Below, one piece after another: positions 38,101 to 50,900 of a DNA stretch of 64,000 bases. The notes beneath the pieces are model-generated. The model did not search any database. It was not told the origin of the DNA and worked only from the letters and a program-made list of their open reading frames with translations. This stretch comes from Macrostomum lignano. Taxonomy: Eukaryota. The stretch spans positions 806,001 through 870,000 of the forward strand of contig NIVC01000292.1 in NCBI GenBank assembly GCA_002269645.1, written 5' to 3'. A program made the translations under genes and the position numbers. Position 1 is the first letter of the stretch; the number at the start of each line of letters is the position of its first letter.

Positions 38101-41048
38101 CTGGGCGCCGCCTCGTCCGACTTCTTCATCCCCAGCAGCTTCACGATCTGCTCCTCGTCGAACTGGTCCTGGAACTTGTTCAGCACCTTCTTCTTCACGA
38201 ACTTATCCCAGTACATGTCCGGGAAGCTGGGGGTCGGCAGCACCAGCTTGTCCCAGTGGGCGCCGATGTTGTCCTCGCCTGCGGGCCGGGCGGCGGGGAG
38301 ATTTGTGACTGGCTGAGCCCTGCCCTACCCTCTCCCCTGCCCTCTGCCCTGCCCTCTCCCCTGCCCTCTGCCCTGCCCTCTGCCCGCCCCGGCCGGCAGC
38401 TCACCGGGCTGCTCGGAGATCCACATGCCGTCGAACTCGAGCATCCTGCTGATCTCCTTCTCCCTCTTGAACACGACCAGCGGCACCTTCAGGCAGTTGT
38501 AGGCAATCAGCATGCTGAGGGCGAAGCAGGTGTGCAGCGCGGCCAGGACTCGCAGCAGCGGCCGCAGGTAGTACACCGAGTCTGACAGGGTCACCCACTC
38601 CTCCGGCTCCTCCGCCTCGGCGGCCGCGGCGCCCGCAGCTTCGGTGGCGTTGGTGACCGCCTCCACCGTGGCGTTGACCGCCGCCTTCACCGCCTCGGTG
38701 ACGGCGGCAGCGATTCCGCCTTCAGCCGCCTCTCCAGTGGCAGCGCCGGCGGCGCCTCCGTCGGTGGCGGAGGTGACGCGGAAGAACAGCAGTATGAAGT
38801 TGATGAAGAAGGCCAGGCCCAGGGCCAGCAGCTTGAAGTTGTAGAAGTTCCTGGCGAACAGGGACAAGATGAAGGTGGAGGTGTCGATGGTGGGCGTCTC
38901 GCACTCTAGCTCCTCCTCCTCGGTGAAGGTCGTCGGCCCGTCGAACTCGAAGGAGTCTCGGCGCTGCAGGTCGCTGGACTGGTCCACCTTGGCCTCGTCC
39001 AGGGCGCACAGCTCGCGGGGTCCAGCCGCTCCAGGGCGAGCTGCTCCTCCTCGGTGAGCAGCCACGGCTGCTTGGCCTGCAGCGCCTCCTGCACCTCCAG
39101 GCCGGTGTCCTCCGGCGCGAAGGCCAGGGCGAGGGCGAGCCGGCCGAGGTAGGCGAAGCTGCTCTTCACCACGAAGAAGACAAAGGTGAGCAGGGCGAGG
39201 AAGAGGCGCCAGGCGCCGCGCACCAGGCTGGCCGGCGTCAGGCCGCGCAGGACGGCGAAGAAGCCGCAGAAAAGCGAGCGGAAATTGCGGGAGGCGAACC
39301 GCCTGGCGCTGGAGAGCGCGCTGCTCACCCGCTTGACCCGCTCGCCCTCCAGGATGGCCTTCACGGCCGCCACCTGCGGGGTGGGCATTGACGGAGTGGG
39401 TCTTAGTGTGAGAGTCTCGGAGTGAGTCTCATAGTGAGACTCTTGGAGTGAGTCTCATAGTGAGACTCTTGGAGTGAGTCTCATAGTGAGAGTCTCGGAG
39501 AGAGTCTCATAGTGAGAGTCTCGGAGTGAGTCTCATAGTGAGAGTCTCGGAGTGAGTCTCATAGTGAGAGTCTCGGAGTGAGTCTCATAGTGAGACACTT
39601 GGAGTGAGTCTCATAGTGAGAGTCTCGGAGTGAGTCTCATACTGAGACACTTGGAGTGAGTCTTATAGTGAGAGTCTCGGAGTGAGTTTATACTGAGACA
39701 CTTGGAGTGAGTCTTAAAGTGAGAGTCTTGGAGTGAGTCTCATAGTGAGAATCTCGGAGTGAGTCTTAGTGTGAGAGTCTCGGAGTGAGTCTTAGTGTGA
39801 GAGTCTCGGAGTGAGTCTTAGTGTGAGAGTCTTGGAGTGATTTTTTTTAAAGTATTGAATTGTGTATCGACATGAGTGTCAGTGAGAGTCAGTGCGTCAG
39901 TCGCTCTCAAGGCATGGTAAGGCAAGTCCCAATATGCCTCAGCCCCATCAGCTCACCTGCCGGATGCTGAGTCCCAATGAGCCTCAGCCCCATCAGCTCA
40001 CCTGCCGGATGCTGAGTCCCAATGAGCCTCAGCCCCATCAGCTCACCTGCCGGATGCTGAGTCCCAATGAGCCTCAGCCCCATCAGCTCACCTGCCGGAT
40101 GCTGAGTCCCAATGAGCCTCAGCCCCATCAGCTCACCTGCCGGATGCTGAGTCCTTCGCCCTCTCCGCTAACCCGTTGCGCGTGCTGCATCTCAAAGATG
40201 GTGTCCTCGCAGAAGTTGATGAAGGACTCCAGCTTCTCCTTGTCGCCGCCCTCGTTGATGACGGAGTAGAGGAAGGAGCGCTTGGACTCCTTGATCTGCG
40301 GCGCCTCCCACTGGTCGATGTTGCTCTGCGTCACCTCGAAGTAAACCCGCTCGATGCGGCCGCTGGAGCCCAGAATCTCGATGCGGCCCAGGTAGGGCTC
40401 GAAGTAGTCCAGCATGCACTGCGCCTTGCCCACCAGCCGCTCCAGCCGGGGGTCATTGGGGATGTGCTCATGCAGGTTGACCAGGAGCAGGGCCAGGTTG
40501 AAGCCGATCTCCTTGGCGGGGTTGTGGAACCGCTCTGTGAATTCGTTGAAGTCCACCTTGCCGTCTTGGTTGGCGTCCACGCAGTTCATGATGTACTCGA
40601 TTTCCTCTCTGCGGGTGCGGCCGGTTCATGAGTCTTTGTTTTTGAGGCTGTCGGTTTCTGGCTGCTTTTAACGCAATCAGTTCCTTGCCTGGATCTGGAG
40701 ACTATCAAGGTCTTTGTCTAGAAATTGTTGAAGTCTTTGTCTAGAGTTTTTTGGGGTCTTTGCGTAGAGATTATTGGAGTCTTTGTCTACATAATTTTGG
40801 GTCTTTGTGTACAATATTTTAGAGTCTTGGTCTAGAGACAATCAGCGCCTGTTCCAGATCTGAAGAGAATTGGAGTCTTTGTTCAAATAAAAACGCACTG
40901 CTAGCAACAATCAAAACTCGCGCACTCACTCAGAGTACATCTTCTGCTGCATCATGGCGTGCCGAAATTCCTTGTGTGAAATCACGCCGTCGCCGTTGAT
41001 GTCGAAAGCCTGAAATTTTGACGATTGATTGATTGATTGACTGATGAC

Positions 41049-41089
<41 letters not shown>

Positions 41090-41894
41090 TATTGGTGGTT
41101 GGTTGGTTGGCTGGTTGATTGACTGACTGATTGGTTAATTGATTGGTTGGTTGGTTGGTTGACTGATTGATTGACTGATTGATTGGTTGATTGATTGGTT
41201 GGTTGGTTGGTTGGTTGACTGATTGATTGGTTGATTGATTGGTTGGTTGGTTAGTTGGTTGACTGATTGATTGGTTGATTGATTGGTTGGTTGGTTGGTT
41301 GGTTGACTGATTGATTGGTTGCTTGATTGGTTGGTTGGTTGGTTGGTTGACTGATTGATTGGTTGGTTGGTTGGTTGGTTGGTTGGTTGGTTGGTTGGTT
41401 GGTTGACTGATTGATTGGTTGATTGATTGGTTGGTTGGTTGGTTGGCTGGTTGATTGACTGATTGATTGGTTGATTGATTGGTTGGTTGGTTGGTGGTTG
41501 GTTGGTTGGCTGGTTGGTTGGTTGGTTGACTGATTGATTGGTTGATTGATTGGTTGGTTGGTTGGTTGGCTGGTTGGTTGGTTGGTTGACTGATTGATTG
41601 GTTGATTGATTGATTGGTTGGTTGGTTGGCTGGTTGATTGACTGATTGATTGGTTGATTGATTGGTTGCTTGGTTGGTGGTTGGTTGGTTGGCTGGTTGG
41701 TTGGTTGGTTGACTGATTGATTGGTTGATTGATTGGTTGGTTGGTTGGTTGGCTGGTTGATTGACTGATTGATTGGTTTATTGATTGGTTGGTTGACTGA
41801 TTGATTGGTTGATTGATTGATTGGTTGGTTGGTTGGTTGGTTGGTTGGTTGGTTGGTTGGTTGGTTGGTTGGTTGGTTGACTGATTGATTGATC

Positions 41895-41929
<35 letters not shown>

Positions 41930-44900
41930 CTATTTATTGATTAATTGAGTGATTGATTGATCGATTGATATCTTGATTGATTTATTGATTGAATGACTGA
42001 TTGACTTGATTGATTGATTAATTAGCTCTTTACCAGAAAGGCCTCGGAGGAGGTGACATCCTTCATCTTGAGAAAGATTTCGAAAAACTTCAGGATCATC
42101 TGAAATTGGATGAAATCGAATAAAAATGTTATGAGTTCAACATTCGCCTTGTACTACTGACAATATTAAGTCTCATTCAGTAGTATATAAAATTCGCACC
42201 CACCTCAACATTGGCTGAAGACTCGATCAGCGTCTCCACCATCTGCTTGCCGATGGGGCCGCCGACCACGTTGCCTTCAAGCATGGACAGCAGCATGACC
42301 ATCATCTCCTTCTTCAGCTTCATGAACTCCCGCATCAGCTCCAGCTGCTCCGGCTGCTTGGACAATTTGTCCTGCATGTGAGCGAAGATGTAGAAGAACC
42401 CGCCGATGGCGTCCCACAGCCGGCTGTGCGCCAGGGCCAGCTGGTTGCCCACGCAGGGGCCCTGGATGTACTCTGTGAGGCTGCAGAATATCTGCTTGCC
42501 CACCTTGATGCCCGTGACAAAGTTCAGCTTGCCGGCTGTCTCGATGTTGTCCTTGCCGGAGTAGTGCCAGTAGAAGTCCATCATGGAGTCCTGGGGTGGA
42601 GATGGGACAGATTGAGTAGATGGGGTAGATAGAGTAGATGGGGTAGATAGTGTAGATAGAGTAGATGGGGTAGATAGGGTAGATAGAGTAGATGGGGTAG
42701 ATAGAGTAGATGGGGTGGATAGGGTGGATAGGGTAGATAGAGTAGATGGGGTAGATAGAGTAGATGGGGTAGATAGAGTAGATGGGGTGGATAGGGTGGA
42801 TAGGGTAGATAGAGTAGATGGGGTAGATAGAGTAGATGGGGTAGATAGCGTGGATAGAGTAGATGGGGTAGATAGGGTAGATAGAGTAGATGGGGTAGAT
42901 AGGGTAGATAGAGTAGATGGGGTAGATAGGGTGGATAGAGTAGATGGGTAGATAGGGTGGATAGAGAGTAGATAGGGTAGATAGTTACGGCAAGTTATAG
43001 CAGCAGCCTGAATCGCCCTACCTGCAGCCTGAGCAGGTAGTCCACGGTGCAGATGATGAGGTTCACTGTGGTGGTGTTCCCTGCCTGAGTCCGCAGGTAG
43101 TCCTGGAAGGCCAGGTTGTGGCCCTCGCACAGCAGCTGCAGGAAGCGGAAGATTTTGCAGGTGAAGTCGGCGTCCTGCAGGGTGACCACCGACTCGATCG
43201 GCACGCCGAGGTCCTGCGCCTTCTTGTAGCGCTCGAAGGCGTCGAGGTCCAGGACGGTGCACTGCTGCATGAGGCCGGCCAGGCTGGTGAAGAAGCCGAC
43301 CTCCTTCTTGTCCTTCAGGTGGCTCAGCATCTTGCGCTGCACGTCCATGTTGCCGCCGAGAAGGATGGAGATGCCCAGATCGATGGTGGCACGGACCACC
43401 TCTGTGTCTTCGCCGTTGGACGCCGCGATGTTCAGCAGCACCATCTCCGCGGCGCCGCGGTCGGCCAGGCGAGCCTGCAAGATTTCAAGAATGATTCAGC
43501 AAATATTCGAGAATGATTCAGCAAGAGTTCAAGAATGATTCAGCAAGAGATCGAGAATGATTCAGCAAGAGTTCAAGAATGATTCAGCAAGAGATCGAGA
43601 ATGATTCAGCAAGATTTCAAGAATGATTCAGCAAGAGATCGAGAATGATTCAGCAAGAGATCGAGAATGATTCAGCAAGAGATCGAGAATGATTCAGCAA
43701 GAGTTCGAGAATGATTCAGCAAGAGATCGAGAATGATTCAGCAAGAGATCGAGAATGATTCAGCAAGAGTTCGAGAATGATTCAGCAAGAGATCGAGAAT
43801 GATTCAGCAAATATTCGAGAATGATTCAGCAAATATTCGAGAATGATTCAGCAAATATTCGAGAATGATTCAGCAAGAGATCGAGAATTATTCAGCAAGA
43901 GATCGAGAATGATTCAGCAAGAGTTCAAGAATGATTCAGCAAGAGATCGAGAATGATTCAGCAAGAGTTCAAGAATGATTCAGCAAATATTCGAGAATGA
44001 TTCAGCAAATATTCGAGAATGATTCAGCAAATATTCGAGAATGATTCAGCAAGAGATCGAGAATGATTCAGCAAGAGATCGAGAATGATTCAGCAAGAGT
44101 TCGAGAATGATTCAGCAAGAGATCGAGAATGATTCAGCAAATATTCGAGAATGATTCAGTAAATATTCGAGAATGATTCAGCAAGAGATCGAGAATGATT
44201 CAGCAAGAGATCGAGAATGATTCAGCAAGAGTTCAAGAATGATTCAGCAAGAGATCGAGAATGATTCAGCAAGAGTTCAAGAATGATTCAGCAAATATTC
44301 GAGAATGATTCAGCAAATATTCGAGAATGATTCAGCAAATATTCGAGAATGATTCAGCAAGAGATCGAGAATGATTCAGCAAGAGATCGAGAATGATTCA
44401 GCAAGAGTTCAAGAATGATTCAGCAAACATTCGAGAATGATTCAGCAAGAGTTCAAGAATGATTCAGCAAGAGATCGAGAATGATTCAGCAAGAGTTCAA
44501 GAATGATTCAGTAAATATTCGAGAATGATTCAGCAAGAGATCGAGAATGATTCAGCAAGAGTTCAAGAATGATTCAGCAAATATTCGAGAATGATTCAGC
44601 AAGAGTTCGAGAATGATTCAGCAAGAGTTCGAGAATGATTCAGCAAGCCTGATTAGCTTCCAAGCTCACCTGTTCGGACAGCAGCTGCTGTTTCTGCATC
44701 TCCTGCTCCTCGAAGGAGGCGCCCTCGCCACCGTCGTCGCCGTCGCCGCCGTCGTCGTCGTCATCATCCTCGCCGGAGCAGCTCATGCCCATGATGTTGG
44801 CGTAGGCGATGTACAGCGGGTCGTCGCCTGACTGGTCGCTGGCGGACCGGCACAGGCCGGTGATGAGCTGCTTCAGCCCGTCAGTGCAGGAGATCTCGGG

Positions 44901-47900
44901 CTCCTCCTCGGCTTCGATGACTCCAGGCGCGGCAGCGTAGCTGGTGATGTCCTCGATCAGCTTCACCACCGGCGGCTCCTCGTAGGACAGCCACTGGCGC
45001 TTGTAGGCCTTCAGGAACAGGTTGATGACTCGGTGGCGTGGCAGGGCGTGTAGCGGCAACACCCGAAAGCAGGCCATCACGGCGCGCTTGCGCTGCGAGG
45101 TCACCAGCTTCTTCCATACGCCTTTGTGCGTCTGCGGCGGGTGGTCCACCATGTAGAGGCCGTGCAGCACCTTGGCCATCTTGAACACCTTCAGAATAAG
45201 ATGGTCGCGGCTGACCCGCTCAACTAAGGCGGCCATGCGGCTCTTGTCGCCCATGTTCTGGTAGAGGATCTTCTGCCAGCGCTGCTGCGGAGAGCTGGCT
45301 TGCTGCGGGATGGGGCAAAGGATCTGATTGGTTGCGGTATTGTGGGGTAGTGAGGTGGGTGGCAAAGAATCTGATTTGTTGCATTCTTGTGGAGGTAGTG
45401 CGGCGGTTGAAGAAGGATCTCATTGGTTGCGGGCTTGTGGAGGTAGTGAGGTGGGTGGCAAAGGATCTCATTGCTTGCGGTATTGTGGGGTAGTGAGGTG
45501 GGTGGCGAAGGATCTCATTGGTTGCGGTATTGTGGGGTAGTGAGGTGGGTGGCGAAGGATCTGATTTGTTGCAGGCTTGTGGAGGTAGTGCGGCGGTTGA
45601 AGAAGGATCTCATTGGTTGCGGGCTTGTGGGCTAGTGAGGTGGGTGGCGAAGGATCTCATTGGTTGCGGGCTTGTGGAGGTAGTGAGGTGGGTGGCAAAG
45701 GATCTCATTGCTTGCGGTATTGTGGGGTAGTGAGGTGGGTGGCAAAGGATCTCATTGGTTGCGGTATTGTGGGGTAGTGAGGTGGGTGGCAAAGGATCTC
45801 ATTGCTTGCGGTATTGTGGGGTAGTGAGGTGGGTGGCGAAGGATCTCATTGCTTGCGGTATTGTGGGGTAGTGAGGTGGGTGGCGAAGGATCTCATTGGT
45901 TGCGGTATTGTGGGGTAGTGAGGTGGGTGGCGAAGGATCTCATTGGTTGCGGTATTGTGGGGTAGTGAGGTGGGTGGCGAAGGATCTGATTGGCTGGCGC
46001 TGGAAGACCATCCCAAAGAAAAGTCCGTCACCCCCAGCTTACATCATTGATGTTCTCGAACTCGGCTTTCAGGTACTCGTGAACTTCGTCCTCAAGTTCT
46101 TTCTGCAAGTGGGTCAGAGCGATTTGCTACTGAAACAGCATAGTAAGTGGTATTAAGCGAGTTTCAGCAACTGAAAATAATGCACAAGCGCTGCAATTGA
46201 GCCATGTTGCAATGCAACAAAAAGCTTAGATTTCAACTCAGGGAAAACTGTGCTCGCATGCTTTCCGAGTTTGTGCTGCTCACAATAATCAGTTCGTGAA
46301 GATTGTGGATTAAAGGTTTGCGTTACACCACTAGTTATTCACTGGGGTAAAGTTCTATCTAAACTGTAGAGTTATTGACAACATAATTGACTGAATCGCT
46401 GACTAACTAATTAACTGATAGTAATTAAATAGGAACTGAAAATACCTGACACTGCTGGCAAGATAATTAAACTGAACAGTGAATCGAATTAGTTCAACGG
46501 ATAAAACTGGTGACACAGAATATTCGGCAAAAAGCACCGCCTGACTGCTTTAGTTGGTTAAAAATTGTCACACACTGCTTTAATAGGCACAGGCTAAGAT
46601 ATTTAAGCTCCATCGGCAGCAGCAGCTCTACCTGCGCGTGCGTGTCGCTCCAGATGGCTTCGTCCTTCAAGGCATAGGACTGTAAATCGTGGGGTTGACA
46701 GTTTGATGACGACCCGAAAAGTGTATGTACTACTGTTAAATTAGCTAGCTTAAAACTGCCTGCTGACTCCCGTTTTCAGATAAAGATGTTGAATAGATTC
46801 TGGCCTGCTGAAATCAATATAGAGGTACTTACAGCTGCTAACTTCTTCTTGGTCTTCTGCACCAGCTCCTGCTCCCGGCCGCCCAGTGTGCTCAGGCCTG
46901 CGAGGCAGGAATGTTTAGAATGAACTGTAATCCTGACTTGTCTGTGTACATTTCTATCCCTCACAGCGATCGCTGATTGGCTGAGCTCAAAGGCTGGCTT
47001 GCTGCGCACATTTCTATTCCTCACAGCGATCGCTGATTGGCTGAGCTCAAAGCCTGGCTTGTCTGCGTACATTTCTATTCCTCACAACGATCGCTGATTG
47101 GCTGAGCTCAAAGCCTGGCTTGTCTGTGTACATTTCTATCCCTCACAGCGATCGCTGATTGGCTGAGCTCAAAGGCTGGCTTGTCTGCGCACATTTCTAT
47201 CCCTCACAGCGATCGCTGATTGGCTGAGCTCAAAGGCTGGCTTGTCTGCGCACATTTCTATCCCTCACAGCGATCGCTGATTGGCTGAGCTCAAAGGCTG
47301 GCTTGCTGCGCACATTTCTATCCCTCACAGCGATCGCTGATTGGCTGAGCTCAAAGCCTGGCTTGTCTGCGCACATTTCTATCCCTCACAACGATCGCTG
47401 ATTGGCTGAGCTCAAAGCCTGGCTTGTCTGTGTACATTTCTATCCCTCACAGCGATCGCTGATTGGCTGAGCTCAAAGGCTGGCTTGTCTGCGCACATTT
47501 CTATCCCTCACAGCGATCGCTGATTGGCTGAGCTCAAAGGCTGGCTTGTCTGCGCACATTTCTATCCCTCACAGCGATCGCTGATTGGCTGAGCTCAAAG
47601 CCTGGCTTGTCTGCGTACATCCCTCCTCCCCGATTGGCCCTCTTCCTCACCGATAGGAAGCAGCCGCTTCATGCAGGCCACGCCTAGCGAATTGTTAAGA
47701 TTCTCCATCTTGTTCTTTTTGCCCTTCTTAGTGGTCATTCTGTTCTGCTCCTGATCCGAGTCCGTCTTCATCTTTGAGGCGTTTGGCGACTCCGTGTTGC
47801 TCATGATGAGAGCTAGTGGGTTGATCTCGTTCTGAGACACGAAGCTGTGCTCCTCGCGTTTCATGTACTGCGGGAGTGAGAAATTGCAAAATTTGAGAAT

Positions 47901-50900
47901 AGGACGAGAATTGGCTGGGAGGCTGTCGTGCGATTCACATCACAGCCTTGAAGGCCAGCCTCCAAGGCGCACAGAGTGTACATGCCGGCCGATTTGAAAG
48001 TCAGGGCCGCTGTACACCCTTTGTGAGCACAGAATTGTGTGCTGAGGAGTCAGCCAGTCCTATAATCATCTTGCGAATTTTTATTTCATTATAACTCCCA
48101 ACTCACGTGAGATCGAGCCCACACGAAGAAGGTGTCAGCGACCGCGTGGCAGAGCCGCTCTGGGATCAGCGAGGGCGCCTTCAGCCAGGTGGTCCGGTGG
48201 ATGTCGATAAAGCGGATGAGCAGCGGGTAGAAGGCGAACATGTTCCGCACGACCTTCTGTACCTTGGCAGACAGCTCCTCCTCCAGCTCCGTGGGGTCGG
48301 AAACGTTCCTCTTGTCCACGAAGAACTGCAGCTCGGCCTCCTCCATCTTCAGCACCTCGTCGCGGAGTTTCTCGGCCACGGGCAGGAAGTACTGCTGAAG
48401 CATGTCGTCTGTGGCGTTCTCCACGATGTTGCGGGTGCGCATGGCGATGCGGGTCATCCAGGGCGCGTCCTCCACCTCCATGTTGTTCTTGATGAGGTTC
48501 AGCACGCTGCCCAGCACGGTGTTCATCAGGTTGGAGGTGACCTCGGTGACCTGACTGTCGCCGCCGTCTGTCTGGTTGTCGGGGCCGCGCTTCCACCAGT
48601 AGGGCAGGTAGCTGCACAGCATCGGCAGCGTCAGCTCGATCACGTGGGGCGCCTCCGAGTAGTTGCCGCCCGTCTCTGCCAGCTTGGCGATCTCGCTCAC
48701 TATGCTCTGCAGGTTCGGCAGGGTGGTCACGATGTCCGTCATCACCTCCCGGATGTCCAGGGAGAAGTTCTCCAGACTGTCCTCGGAGATGTTGTACAGG
48801 ATTGACGTCTTGTTGCTCTTGTTGAACTTCGGCTCGAGGAAGGCCACCGGGAAGGTGTTGGCGAAGGCGGCCACGCACTCGCCAACTAGGGGTCGGTGTC
48901 TGCGGGGAGAGAGAAGGCGCTGAACTGCTTGAAGAGATCTGATTAGCTAAGACGGCGCTGAGAGGCTCTGATTGGTGGGAGAGAAGGTCTCCTATTGGCT
49001 ACGGAGGTCTCTGATTGGCTACGGAGGTCTTTGATTGGCTACGGGGGTCTCTGATTGGCTACGGAGGTCTCTGATTGGCTACGGAGGTCTCTGATTGGCT
49101 ACGGAGTCTCTGATTGGCTACGGAGGTCTCTGATTGGCTACGGAGTCTCTGATTAGCTACGGAGGTCTCTGATTGGCTACGGAGGTCTCTGATTGGCTAC
49201 GGAGGTCTCTGATTGGCTACGGAGGTTTCTGATGGGAGTGAGATAGACTCACCTGTCCAGCTCGCTAGAAAGATAATCTCTCTTCACATCGGAGAAGTTG
49301 AAGCAGCCGATATTGTAGAGCCCGCTGAGTATTTTGTAGCAGAACAGCTGAATGTCGCCCACTGAAATTATGAAATTTGTTCCGAATGTCTCGCACTGCG
49401 GATGCGTACCTGTTGCACACAACTAAACAAAAAGTTTATCAACTTTGAAACAGAACGCAATTCAACAAAAAAGAGATTGAGAGTGGATACTTTCGGAAAC
49501 CAGTTAAACTTAAACAATCGAAAACAAAGTTTGAATTGAGTTTAGTGTCAGTTACAACAAAGTTGAATAAAGTATCGTAGAGAAGTTAACAGGGGAACTC
49601 AACACGAACCAGCTTAGCAACAAGCATTATTGATACCTGAGTGAGAGTCGCCTGCTTTGGCGCTGGAGCCTGCAGTTTGTTTTTGCCATGTCTTTACCAA
49701 AATGTCTTAAGCATGTTCCGCTGCGTCTGAACTTTTTATAGTGTCTTAATTGGAATAAGGGCTAAATATTTAATGACTACGAACAGTGTACTTTTTAAAA
49801 TACGTAATGTACTTTGCTGTATGATTTTCTACATAATTCTGAAATAAATTTCTCATGTATGGAATGTACTTTATAAAGTTTGAGGTGTACTTTATTAAGT
49901 TTAGAATGCACTTCTAAGGTATGAAATGTACTTTTAAAGTATCTAATATACTTATGAATTATTTAATGTACTTTCAAAGTATTCAATTCGCTTTATAAAG
50001 TTTGGAATGAACTTTTACAATGTGGCGTGTACTTCTGTCGAAATGAAATTTTATTCTGCAAAATGCACTTCACTCACCCAGCAGCTGCTCTCCGCACTGA
50101 TTCTGATGCACGTGCTCAAAGAAGGTCTTGAGCACTGGCACCAGCGCCATGTAGATGTAGTTCAAGCTGGTGGCGCCTCTCTGCAGGGTGCCCTTGATGT
50201 GGGAGAATCTTCCTTTCTTCACGTGCCCGACCAGCTGCATGAGGTCGTCGGCGCAGTTGCTGAAGAACGGCAGGATGTACGCCCTGGCGATCTCCGGGCT
50301 GTTCTTGATGATGGCTCGAATGTCCAGCGACTGCACCACGCCTTCCAGACAGCGGACGCAGGTCCCGACGTCGTGCCCGAAGGCCTGGATGTTGGACCTG
50401 AGCAGCAGGAACAGCTTGGAGAACAGGATGCAGGTGTTCTCCTTCTCCTTCGTGGACGTCTGCTCCACAAAGTACCTCTTATTGGACTGGAAGTACTTCT
50501 CGATCAGCGGCAGAACCACCTTGCCAAAGAATTTGATCTCCTGCGAGGCCTGCGTGTAGTTGTTGGTGCGGGTGAACTTCTCGCCGTTCTGCAGGTTCGT
50601 GATGGACATGTAGGCCCGCTCCACGTAGTGCAGCAGCTTGGTGAGCAGCAGGAAAGCGAACCGGTTCTCCACCGACTGCACGGCCGGGTTCTCGCTCTCG
50701 GTGCGGTGGACGGCCTTCTGGTCCGGCGGCGGCTGCAGGATGATGCCCTGCACCTGCAGGTACTTCAGCAGCTCCTGCGCCATCTGGATGTTCCGCTGCT
50801 TCTCGTCGGATGTGAGCAGGTCGTAGTGGATGAGCCCGGGCACCAGGTTGAGCCCGATGGCGGCGTAGCGCTCCTCCTTCTTGCGCAGCTCGTTGAAGTG

